Under the pieces are notes generated by a model. The model had not been told where the DNA came from and ran no database searches. It saw nothing but the letters and a program-made list of their open reading frames with translations. From positions 1,184,001 to 1,248,000 of the forward strand of contig OZ241996.1 of assembly GCA_965204535.1 (NCBI GenBank): DNA of 64,000 nucleotides, read 5' to 3'. The stretch comes from a bacterium. GTDB taxonomy: Bacteria; UBA8248. This document shows positions 18,549 to 28,790 of this stretch, one piece after another (within the stretch, counting starts at the first letter, position 1; the number at the start of each line of letters is the position of its first letter). Made by a program: the position numbers and the translations under genes.

Positions 18549-19283
18549 ATGACGCTGAAACCTATCGCCCCTTCAGGAATCGATGACGGATCGATGACCG
18601 ACTTGCTCCACCACCCCTGGGAGATCGCGCCCCCCGAAGCGGTTCGCCTCCAAAAGGCGCTTGAAAAACGCCTGGCCCTGCATCCGCTGTCCGCCGCGCC
18701 GAAAACGATCGCGGGCGCCGATATCTCATGCGAGTGGCGCGGGCGGTTCGGAGTAGGGGGAATGGTCGTTTTCTCCTGGCCGGACATGCGGCCCGTCGAC
18801 GAATCGTTCCATGGTGGAGATTTGCGGTTCCCCTACGTGCCGGGGCTGCTCTCTTTCCGGGAGGGGTTCTTGCTCGAAAAAGCCTATCTGGGCTTGAGGG
18901 TAAAGCCGGACCTCATCATCTTCGACGGGCAGGGCACGGCCCATCCCAGAGGACTCGGTATCGCCTCGCATTTGGGACTTCGCCTGGGCGCGCCTTCCAT
19001 CGGATGCGCCAAGAGCCGCCTGTTCGGCGACGCCGCCGAGCCGTTGGGAGAGGAAAAAGGGGATTGGCGATACCTGCTCTCACCTGATGGGCGGAAGATA
19101 GGCGCCGTCCTCAGGACGAGGCGGGGGGTGAAGCCCGTCTATATATCTCCCGGCCACCTCATCGACATCGAGGACTCGGTGCGCTGGGTGCTGGCGGCCA
19201 CTTCCCGGTTCCGTCTGCCCGAGGTGATTCGCGCGGCCCACAGGCGCGTGGGCGAGGAGCGCGTGAGGCGGAAGATGCGATAA
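18549..19283 (+). CDS. nfi: Endonuclease V
   Basis: AGAD, FPYVPGLLSFRE, DGQG.AHPR.LGIASHLG, IGCAKSRL, SPGH, LPE..R.AH; start may be 18594. Confidence 0.93.
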   Translation: MTLKPIAPSGIDDGSMTDLLHHPWEIAPPEAVRLQKALEKRLALHPLSAAPKTIAGADISCEWRGRFGVGGMVVFSWPDMRPVDESFHGGDLRFPYVPGLLSFREGFLLEKAYLGLRVKPDLIIFDGQGTAHPRGLGIASHLGLRLGAPSIGCAKSRLFGDAAEPLGEEKGDWRYLLSPDGRKIGAVLRTRRGVKPVYISPGHLIDIEDSVRWVLAATSRFRLPEVIRAAHRRVGEERVRRKMR

Positions 19284-19312
19284 AAAAGCGCCCCTTGCGA
19301 GGCGCTTCTTTT
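19283..19312. terminator. Candidate bidirectional terminator between nfi and cytochrome gene
   Basis: aaaaaagcgcc-ccttgcga-ggcgcttctttt between convergent stops. Confidence 0.65.
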
Positions 19313-19328
19313 GTTTGGAAGTCGAGGT

Positions 19329-22283
19329 CTAGCCGGGCGAAGCGTCGCTTTCGGCCTGTTCGGCCTCAGCCTCTTTTTCGGGCTTCTCGGTTCGAGGCGC
19401 TTCGTTCTTCGCGCTGGACTCAGCGGGCTTGAGGAAATTCGTCTCGATCATCAGGTAATCGCGCATCGCGCGGATTTGCCGGTACGCGTCTCCCCCGAGG
19501 AGTTCTTCGTCGATGGGCTCGCCGTGGCTCTCTATCGTCGCCTTTCCGATGGTTTTTCCGAGATCGGTAGGCGAGGAGATGGTCATCTTCTTCTCATCTA
19601 TTTCCGCCACCTTCACGAGGTGCGTGGCGCCGCCGACGCGCAGGGTGGCGAATTGCTCTTCCGGCAACTCGACTTCTTCCGTGGCTTCGAGTTCGTAGAT
19701 GAACAGGTCGTCTTCCTTCTCGCCCCGGATGCCCTTGATGATTTCAGACTGGGAGCCCGCGCCCTCGAAGAAGTTGGGCATCTTGGTTCCCGGCTGGATT
19801 TTGCCCGGGTATATCAGCCAATCGACTATCCAGTCAGGACGCAGTCGATTCTTGGAGAAAAGCAGGTTCGGCGCCGTAGGCGGCTCCTGTCCCGGCGGGG
19901 GCGGCCATTCTCCATGACAGGCCAGGCATTCGGCCATTGCAAAGAGCTTTTTGCCGGCCTGGAGGTTTTCCGCGCTCACGCTCTTGGCGTCGAAATGGAT
20001 ATAGGGATTCAGTTTCGAGTCCAGCGCGGCGAAGTAATCCACGAGCGCCGCAGCGTCTTTCTCGGGCATCTGGAAGCTGGGCATCCGCACCTTGAGCCAT
20101 GGCCGCAGCGTCACGACGTTGCGCAGGAAGCCGAAGAACCAATCGGGCTGCACCTTTCTTCCCTCGCCGTTCAGCAGGGGCGGACCGTTCGTCTTGTCCT
20201 CATAGCGCCTGAGCAGGTCGCCGCCCCAGTTCTCGATGACGTGGCAGCCGTTGCAGTTGTATTTCTCGATCATCCGGCGGCCGTTTTCGATTCGCCGGGC
20301 GCGGGTGTCGAGCACCTGGTGGACGCTGTGGGGCGCGCCGTGCGGCGTCATGGAGCGCAGCAGGGTGCGTATGGCGGAGACCTCCGGATCGGAGAATTCG
20401 AAGTTCGGCATGAGCAGCGTTTCGCGCTCGGTCTGGTAGAGTTGCGGGTTCTTGAGCTTGCCGAACGTCCACGCCTCCCAGGTGTGGGGCATGTCGACCA
20501 CGTTGCCGAAGGAGAGCTCGAAGGGTTTTTTGGCCGCGAAGCGCGTCAGGTCCGGCCCGATCTTGGAGAGCTTCTCGGTGCCGGGGATGACGTGGCAGCC
20601 GAAGCAGCCGCGCGTTGCCACGAGTTTCTTGCCGCGCTCGAACGAGGCCTCATCGCCGAGTTTCCGGGGCTTGGGCCGTTTTGACTCAGGCGTGAGGCTG
20701 ACAAGGTAGGCGGTGACCGCACTCGCTTCCTCATCCGTGAGACGAAGGCTCGGCATCTTGGTGTCGTGCCAATAGGCTTTCGGGTTCTTGAGCCAGCGGA
20801 ACAGCCAGTCGGGCTGGATCTTGGCGCCGATGTTCTGGAGCGCCGGTGCGAAATCGCGGTTGCGGTAGACGATGGGCCTGCCGTTCACGCCTTCGAGCGG
20901 GGGCCCGAGCTCCAGGTCTTTTTCGTTTCGGATGTGGCAACCCAGGCAACCGACCTCTTCGAAGATGGATTTCCCTTGCTTGATCTGCGCGGCGTCATCG
21001 AGATTCGGGAACGCGGCGGATTCCACCTTGCGCGGCCCCTGCCGCCAGACGTATGTGGCGATGTCCAGCGCTTCCTGGTCCGACAGGCTGAAATAGGGCA
21101 TGCGGGTGCGCGGGTTGTAGTCTTTCGGCCTCTTGACCCAGGAGACGAGCCAGGCGGGCGCCACCTTCTCCTGGATTCTCGAGAGGTCCGGCCCCACCTT
21201 GCGCAGGCCTTCCGTGCCCGGAAGGGTGTGGCAGCCGTTGCAGCCGAGTTCTCTGGTGAGGGAGATGCCGCGCGAGATTTGTGGCGCCTCGGGGATGTTG
21301 AATGTCTCGGTGTGGCAGCTTCTGCACTTGGTTTGCGTTTCGCTGCCATGCAGAAGAGGGTCTTCCCAGAATTGCACGTGGCCGTGGGCCGTATTGAGGC
21401 TGGTGACGGCCGTTCCCTGACCGCCGTGGCAAAGCGTGCAACCGACCTTGTTGAATTCGTGCTTCGAGAGATAAAGACGCCTGTTGGGGTGCGTGCGGAA
21501 CGGTTGGGGCGCATCCTCGAAGCCCGCCCTGTTGATGCCCAGGTGACAGGTCTGGCACCGTTCCACCTTCATCACGGGTTCGTTGAAGTTGTTGCGCTCA
21601 TATTCGCGCAGGACGAGCTGGCTGATCTCATAGGGACGGGCGGAGATGCCTTTCAGCCGCCGCTCCTGGGAGGAAATATCGCCGGCTACTTTTCGCCGCG
21701 TCGCCTGGAGCGTTTTCAGTTCTTTTTCCTTGGCCTCAATCTTTGCCTTTATCGCGTCTCTGTCGGCTTCGGCCTTCTCCGCGACGGGCGTTATCTCATC
21801 GAGGAGGGCCTTGGCCTCGTCGACTTCGGTTTGCTCGGCTTCTTTGTCATGCCCTTGCCGGATGGCTTCCTGGAGATAGAAGTAGGACTGATCGAAGAGC
21901 GCTTTTCTGAAGCCAAGCTCCTGCACTTTCTCGAAAGCGTCGAGTTCGCTCTTCGTGAGTTCTGCTTTCAGTTGCTTGAGTTCTTCGTCGCCCGCGAGTT
22001 TTTGTTCTTGCGCGGCGATTTTCTTGTCGAGGTCGGCGACCGCGGAGCCGGTGGTTTTCTTGAGTCTGGCGAGTTCCTTCTCTACCTGGGCTTTTTCATA
22101 GGCGTTGAACTGTTTCTGGTATTGTTTCCAGGGTCTGCGCGTGAACGCCTCGTCCCAGACGGTCCAGAAAGTCACCGCGACCATGAAGAGGCCCAGGATG
22201 AAAAACGGAATCGGACTGGTTTTTTCTTCCGGAGGTTTGAAGTCTCGGCCTTGCATCTTGAAAAAACGCTCCCCCACCGGCAT
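19329..22283 (-). CDS. Membrane-anchored octaheme c-type cytochrome with long coiled coil
   Basis: Eight CxxCH (CQTCH, CTLCH, CRSCH, CNGCH, CLGCH, CFGCH, CNGCH, CLACH); repeated GP.L..W..P..MP units; start may be 22256. Confidence 0.9.
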   Translation of the reverse strand: MPVGERFFKMQGRDFKPPEEKTSPIPFFILGLFMVAVTFWTVWDEAFTRRPWKQYQKQFNAYEKAQVEKELARLKKTTGSAVADLDKKIAAQEQKLAGDEELKQLKAELTKSELDAFEKVQELGFRKALFDQSYFYLQEAIRQGHDKEAEQTEVDEAKALLDEITPVAEKAEADRDAIKAKIEAKEKELKTLQATRRKVAGDISSQERRLKGISARPYEISQLVLREYERNNFNEPVMKVERCQTCHLGINRAGFEDAPQPFRTHPNRRLYLSKHEFNKVGCTLCHGGQGTAVTSLNTAHGHVQFWEDPLLHGSETQTKCRSCHTETFNIPEAPQISRGISLTRELGCNGCHTLPGTEGLRKVGPDLSRIQEKVAPAWLVSWVKRPKDYNPRTRMPYFSLSDQEALDIATYVWRQGPRKVESAAFPNLDDAAQIKQGKSIFEEVGCLGCHIRNEKDLELGPPLEGVNGRPIVYRNRDFAPALQNIGAKIQPDWLFRWLKNPKAYWHDTKMPSLRLTDEEASAVTAYLVSLTPESKRPKPRKLGDEASFERGKKLVATRGCFGCHVIPGTEKLSKIGPDLTRFAAKKPFELSFGNVVDMPHTWEAWTFGKLKNPQLYQTERETLLMPNFEFSDPEVSAIRTLLRSMTPHGAPHSVHQVLDTRARRIENGRRMIEKYNCNGCHVIENWGGDLLRRYEDKTNGPPLLNGEGRKVQPDWFFGFLRNVVTLRPWLKVRMPSFQMPEKDAAALVDYFAALDSKLNPYIHFDAKSVSAENLQAGKKLFAMAECLACHGEWPPPPGQEPPTAPNLLFSKNRLRPDWIVDWLIYPGKIQPGTKMPNFFEGAGSQSEIIKGIRGEKEDDLFIYELEATEEVELPEEQFATLRVGGATHLVKVAEIDEKKMTISSPTDLGKTIGKATIESHGEPIDEELLGGDAYRQIRAMRDYLMIETNFLKPAESSAKNEAPRTEKPEKEAEAEQAESDASPG

Positions 22284-22478
22284 TTTGAGCGGAAATTCCG
22301 GGTTTCTTGGCTAAAATCCGGCTGATTATAGGTACGGGCATGACGGGCGTCAACCGCAGAGCGGGTAGTTTTGACTTAAGATAATTCCGCCTGCATACGG
22401 GGAGAATATGCTGAAAACGCGAAGCGCCTCCCGAAAAAGACGGCGGGTGTTCATGCCCCGCATTCGCCTCGCCTGAAG

Positions 22479-25400
22479 TTATTCGTTTTGGCTTCTGATG
22501 ATGCCGGCGAGTTGGCCGATGATGGCGATGGAGATGGTCGGGTGCTCGTGAATCAGTTCGAGAAGGGGCTCTTTCTCGATACCCAGCAATGAGGTGTCCC
22601 GGCTGGCTCGCGCGCCTGCGCTTCTGCCCTCATCGCCGAAAAGCGCGATTTCCCCGAACGAGGTCGGGGGACCGAGCGTGGCCAGAATCCTCGGCGCCCC
22701 GTTCGCTTGGTTGAGGATGATTTCTATCTCCCCGTCCACGATGACGTAGAGATAATCGCAAGGGTCTCCCTGTTCGAAGAGAACCGTTCCCTCCGGTATC
22801 TGGATTTCCCTGGAAATGTGGCTCAGTATTTTCAACTCGTCCGCGCTCAACGTCTCGAACATGTTGACGCCTTTCAAGAACAGGGCTTTTTCGATGGTCG
22901 AGAGCATGAATTTCTCCTGTCCGTGTAGAATTTCGCCGACCGCGCCGTCTCGGGGGCGATCCCGGCGCGTCTGGATGCGCACCAGTCGGCTTTCGTCATT
23001 CTCCATGGTTCTCAAGAACGCCTCAAGTTCGTCTTCGTCTTTCCCGATGATTCTCGTTGCGACGACCGCCGCCTCGCGGACGTAGGGGTCGCCCTCGGAG
23101 GCCCGCGCCTTGAATTGCGCGCGCCATTCGGCGGTCGCCTCATCCGGTTCGCTTTCGAGGTGTTTGCCCGCCGCGTCGACGGCGATGGCCTGGAGCCACG
23201 CGTTTTCGGAATCCATATAAGTCGTCAGCACCTCGTCAATCGATCCTTCGGGTATCTCCCACAGTTTCCTGCCCTCGGAGACCTTGTCGGCGGTCGACCT
23301 GCCGAGCAGCAAAGGTTCGAGAGCCAGAATCAGGACTCTCGTATTGCCGGCCGAAGAGAAGTTCGAGAGCGTTTCGATGGCGATGGCTCTCGACGAGGAG
23401 CCGCCCCGTGCGAGGGATTCCGACACGGTATCCACCGTCTTCTCGTCTCCAATCACCCCCAATAGTTCCAGCAAAACCAGTTGTCTTTCCGCGACGACGT
23501 CTTCAAGCGCTTTTCTCAGCATCGTGAAGGCGGGTGCGTTTTCCCGGCGTTCGATGACGTGGAGGTGATTGATGACGCCGTAGACTTCCCGCAGGTGCTC
23601 CACGGCGAACCCGGAGAGGGAGTCCACGATTTCCTGCGCGCTCATTTCGCGAAAGCCGTTTTGGGCGCTTCTGGACAAAAGCGGAGCGAGAAACGAAAGC
23701 ATCCCGGAGCCTTCGAGGGAGAGGGTTCCTTTTCGCTTCATGTTCTTGAGCGATTCGACGGCCTCTCGTCTCACCAGAAAATCGACGTCCGAGAGAGCGG
23801 TCAGGGCGCGTTCGAAACTCTCCCGCGAGCCTTTGTTGCCCAGTTGCCGGACGCCTCTGCGCCTGATGGCCGCGCTCTCATCCGAAGTGGTCACCCGGAT
23901 GACTTCTTCCATGCTCTCCTCATCGACTCCCTGGTTCATGGCCAGAACTTCTATCGCCTCCAAGGCGGCTTCGCGGACTTTCTCCTCGTCCTGATAGAGA
24001 TAGGGAATCAATCGTCTGATGAAGCGCGGGTTCTGAAGCTCTCCCATGCACCTGAGGGCGCAGACCCTGGCCGCCGCGTCTTCTTCGTTCAGCATCCGGT
24101 GCAGGGTTTGCAGGCCGTTGGCGAGCCAGAACAGATCGTCCGAGCGGACGAGCAGCTCGACGGCACGGGCCCGGACTTCGGGGGAGTCGCTCTCCAGATT
24201 CTCGTGGACCAGTTCCGCCGTCTCCTCCGTCAGTCCGATGCTTTCCGCCGCATCCATGGCGGCGCACTGGAGGAGCGGTTCCTCGCAAGTGAGGTACCCC
24301 TCCAGCAGGGGCCGCATTTTCTCGCCCTCATCGGCTCCGGGAGCCTTGGCGAGAATTTTCAGCAACTCGGCCGCTGCCCCTCCTTTTCGCCGGGGGATTT
24401 CTTCGAGGATGATCCCGAAAATTTCGCTTCTGCCGCTTTCCGCCATCATCTGCGCCGTGAAGACGCAAAGATCATCGTCCCCCTCGCGGATGTTTTTCCT
24501 GAGTATCGCCATGCTCTCATCGTCAACCGGGCCGAACCCTTCCTGGGCGTAGCGGAACAGGCCTAAGTTTCTCTCCTCGAGCATCCGGCGCAGGGCGGCG
24601 CCGTATTCATGGCGCACGAAGAAGCCGACGGCCAGATAGGCGAAGGCGATGAACAAGGAGATGAGCGCCAATTGGCCTGCGCTCAAGGGGAAGAGGGCGA
24701 GACCGGTGGGCTTGATGATGAGCAGGGCGACGCCGCTGACGATGCTGGCCACGGCGACCACCTGGCCTGCGACGAACGCGCCGACTCTCGCGCGGATCGA
24801 GGGGGAGACGGCGTTATAGAGCAGGGCGTTGATGGCATTTCGAATCGATTCCTGGAGGTTCTTGTTGTTGAAGCGCAAGAAGACGGCGGAATAGAAGCCG
24901 GGCGAAATCGCCATGCCCGCGAGGCCGACGATGGTCGTGAGCGGGTAGAGGAGGTTCGCCGTTCCCAGGCCGAGCCGCTTGATGATGCGCGGGGTGATGA
25001 ACGTCTGGACGAGCAGGGAGAATGCGCTCCCGATGGCGGTGAAATACCCTAAGAACGAGGCGAGTTGCGCGCGGTCGGGAAAGACTTCGCGGAATACGAG
25101 GCTGTATTGGAAATCCTGAAAACTCCTGAGAATCACCACGATGAAGCTGAACAGGGCGAACGCGCAGACGTATCTGTTCGTCCGCATGAGCGCGAGATTG
25201 CCGCCTTTTGTGGCCGTCTTGGTTGTTTTGCGCTTTTTGGGGCCCGCATCGTCGATCAGGTGGTCTCTCAGCCGCCGTTCGGTGTATTGCACCACACCGA
25301 CGCTGACGACAATGGCGCCGATCCATACATAGAGCAGATTCGAGACGCTCCCCAGGACGGGGATGAGCAGTGGAATGGCGAGGCCGCCGACAATGCCGCC

Positions 25401-25886
25401 GTAGCGTCCCCCGGTCAGGATGATCGGAACCAGCCGTTTGGATTGCAGGACGTCGAGATACTGCCCGTACAGGGCGCGGAAATTGTTCGGCAGCATATTC
25501 GTGAACATGACGAACAGCGTGTGGAGAAGCGGGAATGCGATCGGCATTGCGTAGGCGCGGAAATCCGCGAAGATGAGCAGCTTGATGCCGAAAACGAGCA
25601 CGATGAAAAAGATCAGGACGGTCTTGAACATCGCCGGAATCGAGAGTTTTTCGGTCAGCGAGGAGTAGAAGGTGCTGATGAAGATGATCATCAGGGCGTT
25701 GAATATGTACATATAGGGGAGAAAACCCGGGCCGACTTCCGAGAGGAACAGGGCTTCGGATACGGTGAGCCCGATGGAGAACTGAATCCCGATCAGGAAA
25801 TAGAAGAAAAAGAACACCGAGAAGACGAGCAACTCCTCTTCCTGGATGTTGAAGACTTTTTTGAGGAGTTTCTTCATGTGGGTCAC
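22479..25886 (-). CDS. NTT/TLC (Npt1/Npt2-like) MFS membrane domain + HEAT repeats + C-terminal cNMP-binding domain
   Basis: ALFLSEVG..LPYMY, multi-TM N-half, LYNAV..IRAR; D...VR..A HEAT motifs; F.QGD..D.LY.I.DGE and FGEIAL...RSA. Confidence 0.85.
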   Translation of the reverse strand: MTHMKKLLKKVFNIQEEELLVFSVFFFFYFLIGIQFSIGLTVSEALFLSEVGPGFLPYMYIFNALMIIFISTFYSSLTEKLSIPAMFKTVLIFFIVLVFGIKLLIFADFRAYAMPIAFPLLHTLFVMFTNMLPNNFRALYGQYLDVLQSKRLVPIILTGGRYGGIVGGLAIPLLIPVLGSVSNLLYVWIGAIVVSVGVVQYTERRLRDHLIDDAGPKKRKTTKTATKGGNLALMRTNRYVCAFALFSFIVVILRSFQDFQYSLVFREVFPDRAQLASFLGYFTAIGSAFSLLVQTFITPRIIKRLGLGTANLLYPLTTIVGLAGMAISPGFYSAVFLRFNNKNLQESIRNAINALLYNAVSPSIRARVGAFVAGQVVAVASIVSGVALLIIKPTGLALFPLSAGQLALISLFIAFAYLAVGFFVRHEYGAALRRMLEERNLGLFRYAQEGFGPVDDESMAILRKNIREGDDDLCVFTAQMMAESGRSEIFGIILEEIPRRKGGAAAELLKILAKAPGADEGEKMRPLLEGYLTCEEPLLQCAAMDAAESIGLTEETAELVHENLESDSPEVRARAVELLVRSDDLFWLANGLQTLHRMLNEEDAAARVCALRCMGELQNPRFIRRLIPYLYQDEEKVREAALEAIEVLAMNQGVDEESMEEVIRVTTSDESAAIRRRGVRQLGNKGSRESFERALTALSDVDFLVRREAVESLKNMKRKGTLSLEGSGMLSFLAPLLSRSAQNGFREMSAQEIVDSLSGFAVEHLREVYGVINHLHVIERRENAPAFTMLRKALEDVVAERQLVLLELLGVIGDEKTVDTVSESLARGGSSSRAIAIETLSNFSSAGNTRVLILALEPLLLGRSTADKVSEGRKLWEIPEGSIDEVLTTYMDSENAWLQAIAVDAAGKHLESEPDEATAEWRAQFKARASEGDPYVREAAVVATRIIGKDEDELEAFLRTMENDESRLVRIQTRRDRPRDGAVGEILHGQEKFMLSTIEKALFLKGVNMFETLSADELKILSHISREIQIPEGTVLFEQGDPCDYLYVIVDGEIEIILNQANGAPRILATLGPPTSFGEIALFGDEGRSAGARASRDTSLLGIEKEPLLELIHEHPTISIAIIGQLAGIIRSQNE

Positions 25887-25973
25887 TTATCAAGCGGTGG
25901 AGAGGATACTTCGTGAGATTATCGCCTCCCGGAAGCTCCGGAGTGGAAGCGAACTTGCGCTGTTGATTCTAGC

Positions 25974-27620
25974 CTAGGCTTTTTGAGATTTCCATGAGTA
26001 GAACGACAAGGCGTCCTCCGTCCACTGCGCGCAGTTTCGGCTGAATCTATCCCATCGGCTGTTGGCGCATTGGGCGCGGACGGGGTCGGCGTTGCCCTCG
26101 GCAATGAGGCCGTTGAGGGGCGAGAGGTCGAATTCGGCTCGAACGGGCACTCTGCCGCGCTCATCGGGGCCGAGGAGAGACAAAAAGCGCGCGAACGCGT
26201 CGAATGCGCCTCGAATCTTCTCGCACAGGTGCTCCGCGCCTCCCGCATATGCGACCAGGGGCGGCACCAAAGGGGCGTAGCGGTTCAGTTCCATGCCTCC
26301 CTCCGTGCGGTTCGTGATGCTGTCCACGCCGACGACCCCGACCGAATCCTCCGAGAATTCCACCGGAAAGAGTCTGCCGTAGAGCGTTTCCACGATCATT
26401 CCCTCACGGCTGAGCCTCAGATGAACGCGGACGCTGAACAGGCCGAAATCGATCCAGTCGCATATCAGCGGCAGGTAGCGCGCGTCGAACACCTGCTCGT
26501 AGTTCTCGATGGCGCTCGCCAGGAGGCGAATCGAATCCTCACGCGTGCGGGACGCTTCGCGCAGTTCGGATTCGAGTCTGGGCGCGCAGTTTTTGAGCAT
26601 CTGCCCCAAAACGTCCGGGGAAGCGCCGCCTTCCGCCCTTCTGGTCTTGACGTAGGCTTTCGCGGTCGCCGGGCTTTCCTGGAAGCGGTGAACGAGCCAG
26701 TCCATCGCCTGGAGGTGATCGTGGTTTTCCGCGTCGAGAGACAAGGGGAGGGGAATCGCGTGGTCCGCCGCGACGCCGAGCCTGCTCAAATCCGGAAGCC
26801 CGAACCCGTTGGGGTAGACGTCCAGCCGAAAGCATCCGCGTCCCCCGCCGCCTTCCTGCGGTTTGACGAAGAAAGTCCCCGTCCCCCGTTTCCGCGATAA
26901 GGTGGAGGCCCTGTCCAGAATGGCGGCGGCGGTTTCCGCAGGTCTTCCCCCGTTCAGTTCCACCACTTCATAGTCGGCCGTCAGGCGACGCTCGGGACCG
27001 CCCGCTTCGGGGTTTTCCGTATCCGTCCCGTTTCCGTTCAGGAGTTCGTACGTGGTTTTCTTGTTGGAGAGCGGTCCGCCGGGTGCAGTGAGAGCCCCCG
27101 GCGCGACGACGATTCCCCGGGCTTCCAGGACCCTGGCGAGGGTGGCGTCGTAGAGGCTTCTCTGGGCGGTCTGGCTGATGACGAGCAACTCTTTCGGCGC
27201 TCTGGCGGCGCGGGCCAGAAGTTCCTCCCGCCGGTTCAGGACCCTGACGGGGATGGACAACCCGAGTTGCTTCAGGTGCGCGCGCATCACCCGCGCCGTT
27301 TCCATGGTGAGGGGGAGTCGGCTCGGGGAGCCGTCCAGCAAAAGGATTTCTCCCGGACGCCGAATGGGCGGCGCGTCTTCCAGAATGCGTAAGTCTGCGA
27401 AACGGGGTTCGCGCGACGCCCAGTGGTTGAGGCTTTCGATCAGCGTTTCGTTCAGATCGCCGTCAGGCGAGTCGAACTCCCGGCTCACGCGGTAAAGATC
27501 CCAGACACCGCCGCTCGCATCGGGCGTGAGATTGTAGAGAGCGGGTTCCCGCGCGATGCGGGGATGGTTTGATGGTTTGCGCGAGGTCAAGGTTTCGTTC
27601 TCGATGCCTAAAACACCCAC
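25974..27620 (-). CDS. Uncharacterised ATP-grasp-like protein
   Basis: SNK..TYELL, FFVKPQEGGGGRG, C-terminal FD...IAEGN; GTG 27620 overlaps upstream gene end (start uncertain). Confidence 0.55.
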   Translation of the reverse strand: MGVLGIENETLTSRKPSNHPRIAREPALYNLTPDASGGVWDLYRVSREFDSPDGDLNETLIESLNHWASREPRFADLRILEDAPPIRRPGEILLLDGSPSRLPLTMETARVMRAHLKQLGLSIPVRVLNRREELLARAARAPKELLVISQTAQRSLYDATLARVLEARGIVVAPGALTAPGGPLSNKKTTYELLNGNGTDTENPEAGGPERRLTADYEVVELNGGRPAETAAAILDRASTLSRKRGTGTFFVKPQEGGGGRGCFRLDVYPNGFGLPDLSRLGVAADHAIPLPLSLDAENHDHLQAMDWLVHRFQESPATAKAYVKTRRAEGGASPDVLGQMLKNCAPRLESELREASRTREDSIRLLASAIENYEQVFDARYLPLICDWIDFGLFSVRVHLRLSREGMIVETLYGRLFPVEFSEDSVGVVGVDSITNRTEGGMELNRYAPLVPPLVAYAGGAEHLCEKIRGAFDAFARFLSLLGPDERGRVPVRAEFDLSPLNGLIAEGNADPVRAQCANSRWDRFSRNCAQWTEDALSFYSWKSQKA

Positions 27621-28777
27621 TTGCGCTGACGCATGAAGTGTTTGATCACCCAGTCCGCAATGGCGCCGCCCACGGCATTGTCGGTCGCAAGGGAAGAGGG
27701 GTTCGGGGCGATGCAACTCAGGGCGCGTATCCCCGTCATCCGATACGCCTCCTCGCGCGCGTGCGCTTCGTTGGCGAGCCTTCCGGAAATGAGCATGTTT
27801 TCCTCCTCCACCCCCAGGTGGCTTCGGATCCAGTGGACGATGAGCGTTGATTCCAGCGTATCACATGCGCAGACGATCAACCCTCTGCGCGAGAGCCAGT
27901 CTTTGACCCAGGGGTCGCTCGCCACGTGAAGGCTGGCGTCCGAGGAGGGAGAATCCGCCAGTTCCGCGATGACGATTTCCGCCTTCGCGCATGCGTGGCG
28001 AAGCAGGTTTTGGGCGCATCGCCTGACCTTGTGCCTGGAGACGCCGCACGTGGAGGCGAGGCCCGCGTCGACGAAATCCCAGCCGAGTCTCGCGGAGTCG
28101 AAAAACCCGAGCGGTCTTCCGTAGTTCACCTGCATGAGGTCCCGCATCCGGCCGGTTCCCGTGAGTTTCACGTATGAAACGTGAATGCCCGAGGAGTGCA
28201 GGGCGGAGGCGAGCGAAGACGCACAGGTCGTTTTGCCCACGTCCATATCGGAGCCGGTGACCAGGATGATGGGAGCGCAGGGAACTCCCTCTTCATCCAC
28301 GGGGCAGCGGGTATCGGGAATGACGGGGAGATGAGAAAGCAGAGCGGGTTCGCCTCGATGCGCGACACCTCCTTTCACCACTATTCTCACGCACGGCGTT
28401 TCGGGGTTCGTGCGGATCCCGCAGACGCCGCCGACATTCAACAGGTCGAGCACAGTTCCGGGTGCTGCGGGAGAGTCCGGCTCATGGCCCGAAACGCTGC
28501 GATTCGCATATCGCCCGCCGATCGCAACGACCACGTTCATCTTTTCGCGCAATTTTGCTTCGCTCGTCATCCAGGCGTCTTGCGTCCCCTGGAGGACTTC
28601 GAGCGATTCCAGGCGATCGACGGGAGCGTTTCCGGGCGCTGCGACGACTTCACCCAGTGCGATTCCGTTCGAGGGAACGGGCCTGGGGTCGGGCGTGAAA
28701 TCCGCATCGAACGCATACGGGATTTCAGGCGACAGGAACAATCCTCGGGCGGTGGATGCGAAAAAGTCCAGTTTCAA
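27608..28777 (-). CDS. DUF1611-like P-loop protein
   Basis: GGRYA, LLNVGGV.G, GSDMDVGKTT, KLTGTG..RD, DFVDAGLAST, AELAD. Confidence 0.7.
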   Translation of the reverse strand: MKLDFFASTARGLFLSPEIPYAFDADFTPDPRPVPSNGIALGEVVAAPGNAPVDRLESLEVLQGTQDAWMTSEAKLREKMNVVVAIGGRYANRSVSGHEPDSPAAPGTVLDLLNVGGVCGIRTNPETPCVRIVVKGGVAHRGEPALLSHLPVIPDTRCPVDEEGVPCAPIILVTGSDMDVGKTTCASSLASALHSSGIHVSYVKLTGTGRMRDLMQVNYGRPLGFFDSARLGWDFVDAGLASTCGVSRHKVRRCAQNLLRHACAKAEIVIAELADSPSSDASLHVASDPWVKDWLSRRGLIVCACDTLESTLIVHWIRSHLGVEEENMLISGRLANEAHAREEAYRMTGIRALSCIAPNPSSLATDNAVGGAIADWVIKHFMRQRKWVF

Positions 28778-28790
28778 TTTGCACCATGTC

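Noticed and set aside
16946-22325. Long antisense ORFs (16946-18373, 19311-20684, 20766-22325; similarly 31437-32821, 53724-54965 and others)
   Set aside because: Shadow frames of well-supported genes, expected from high-GC codon bias; no motifs
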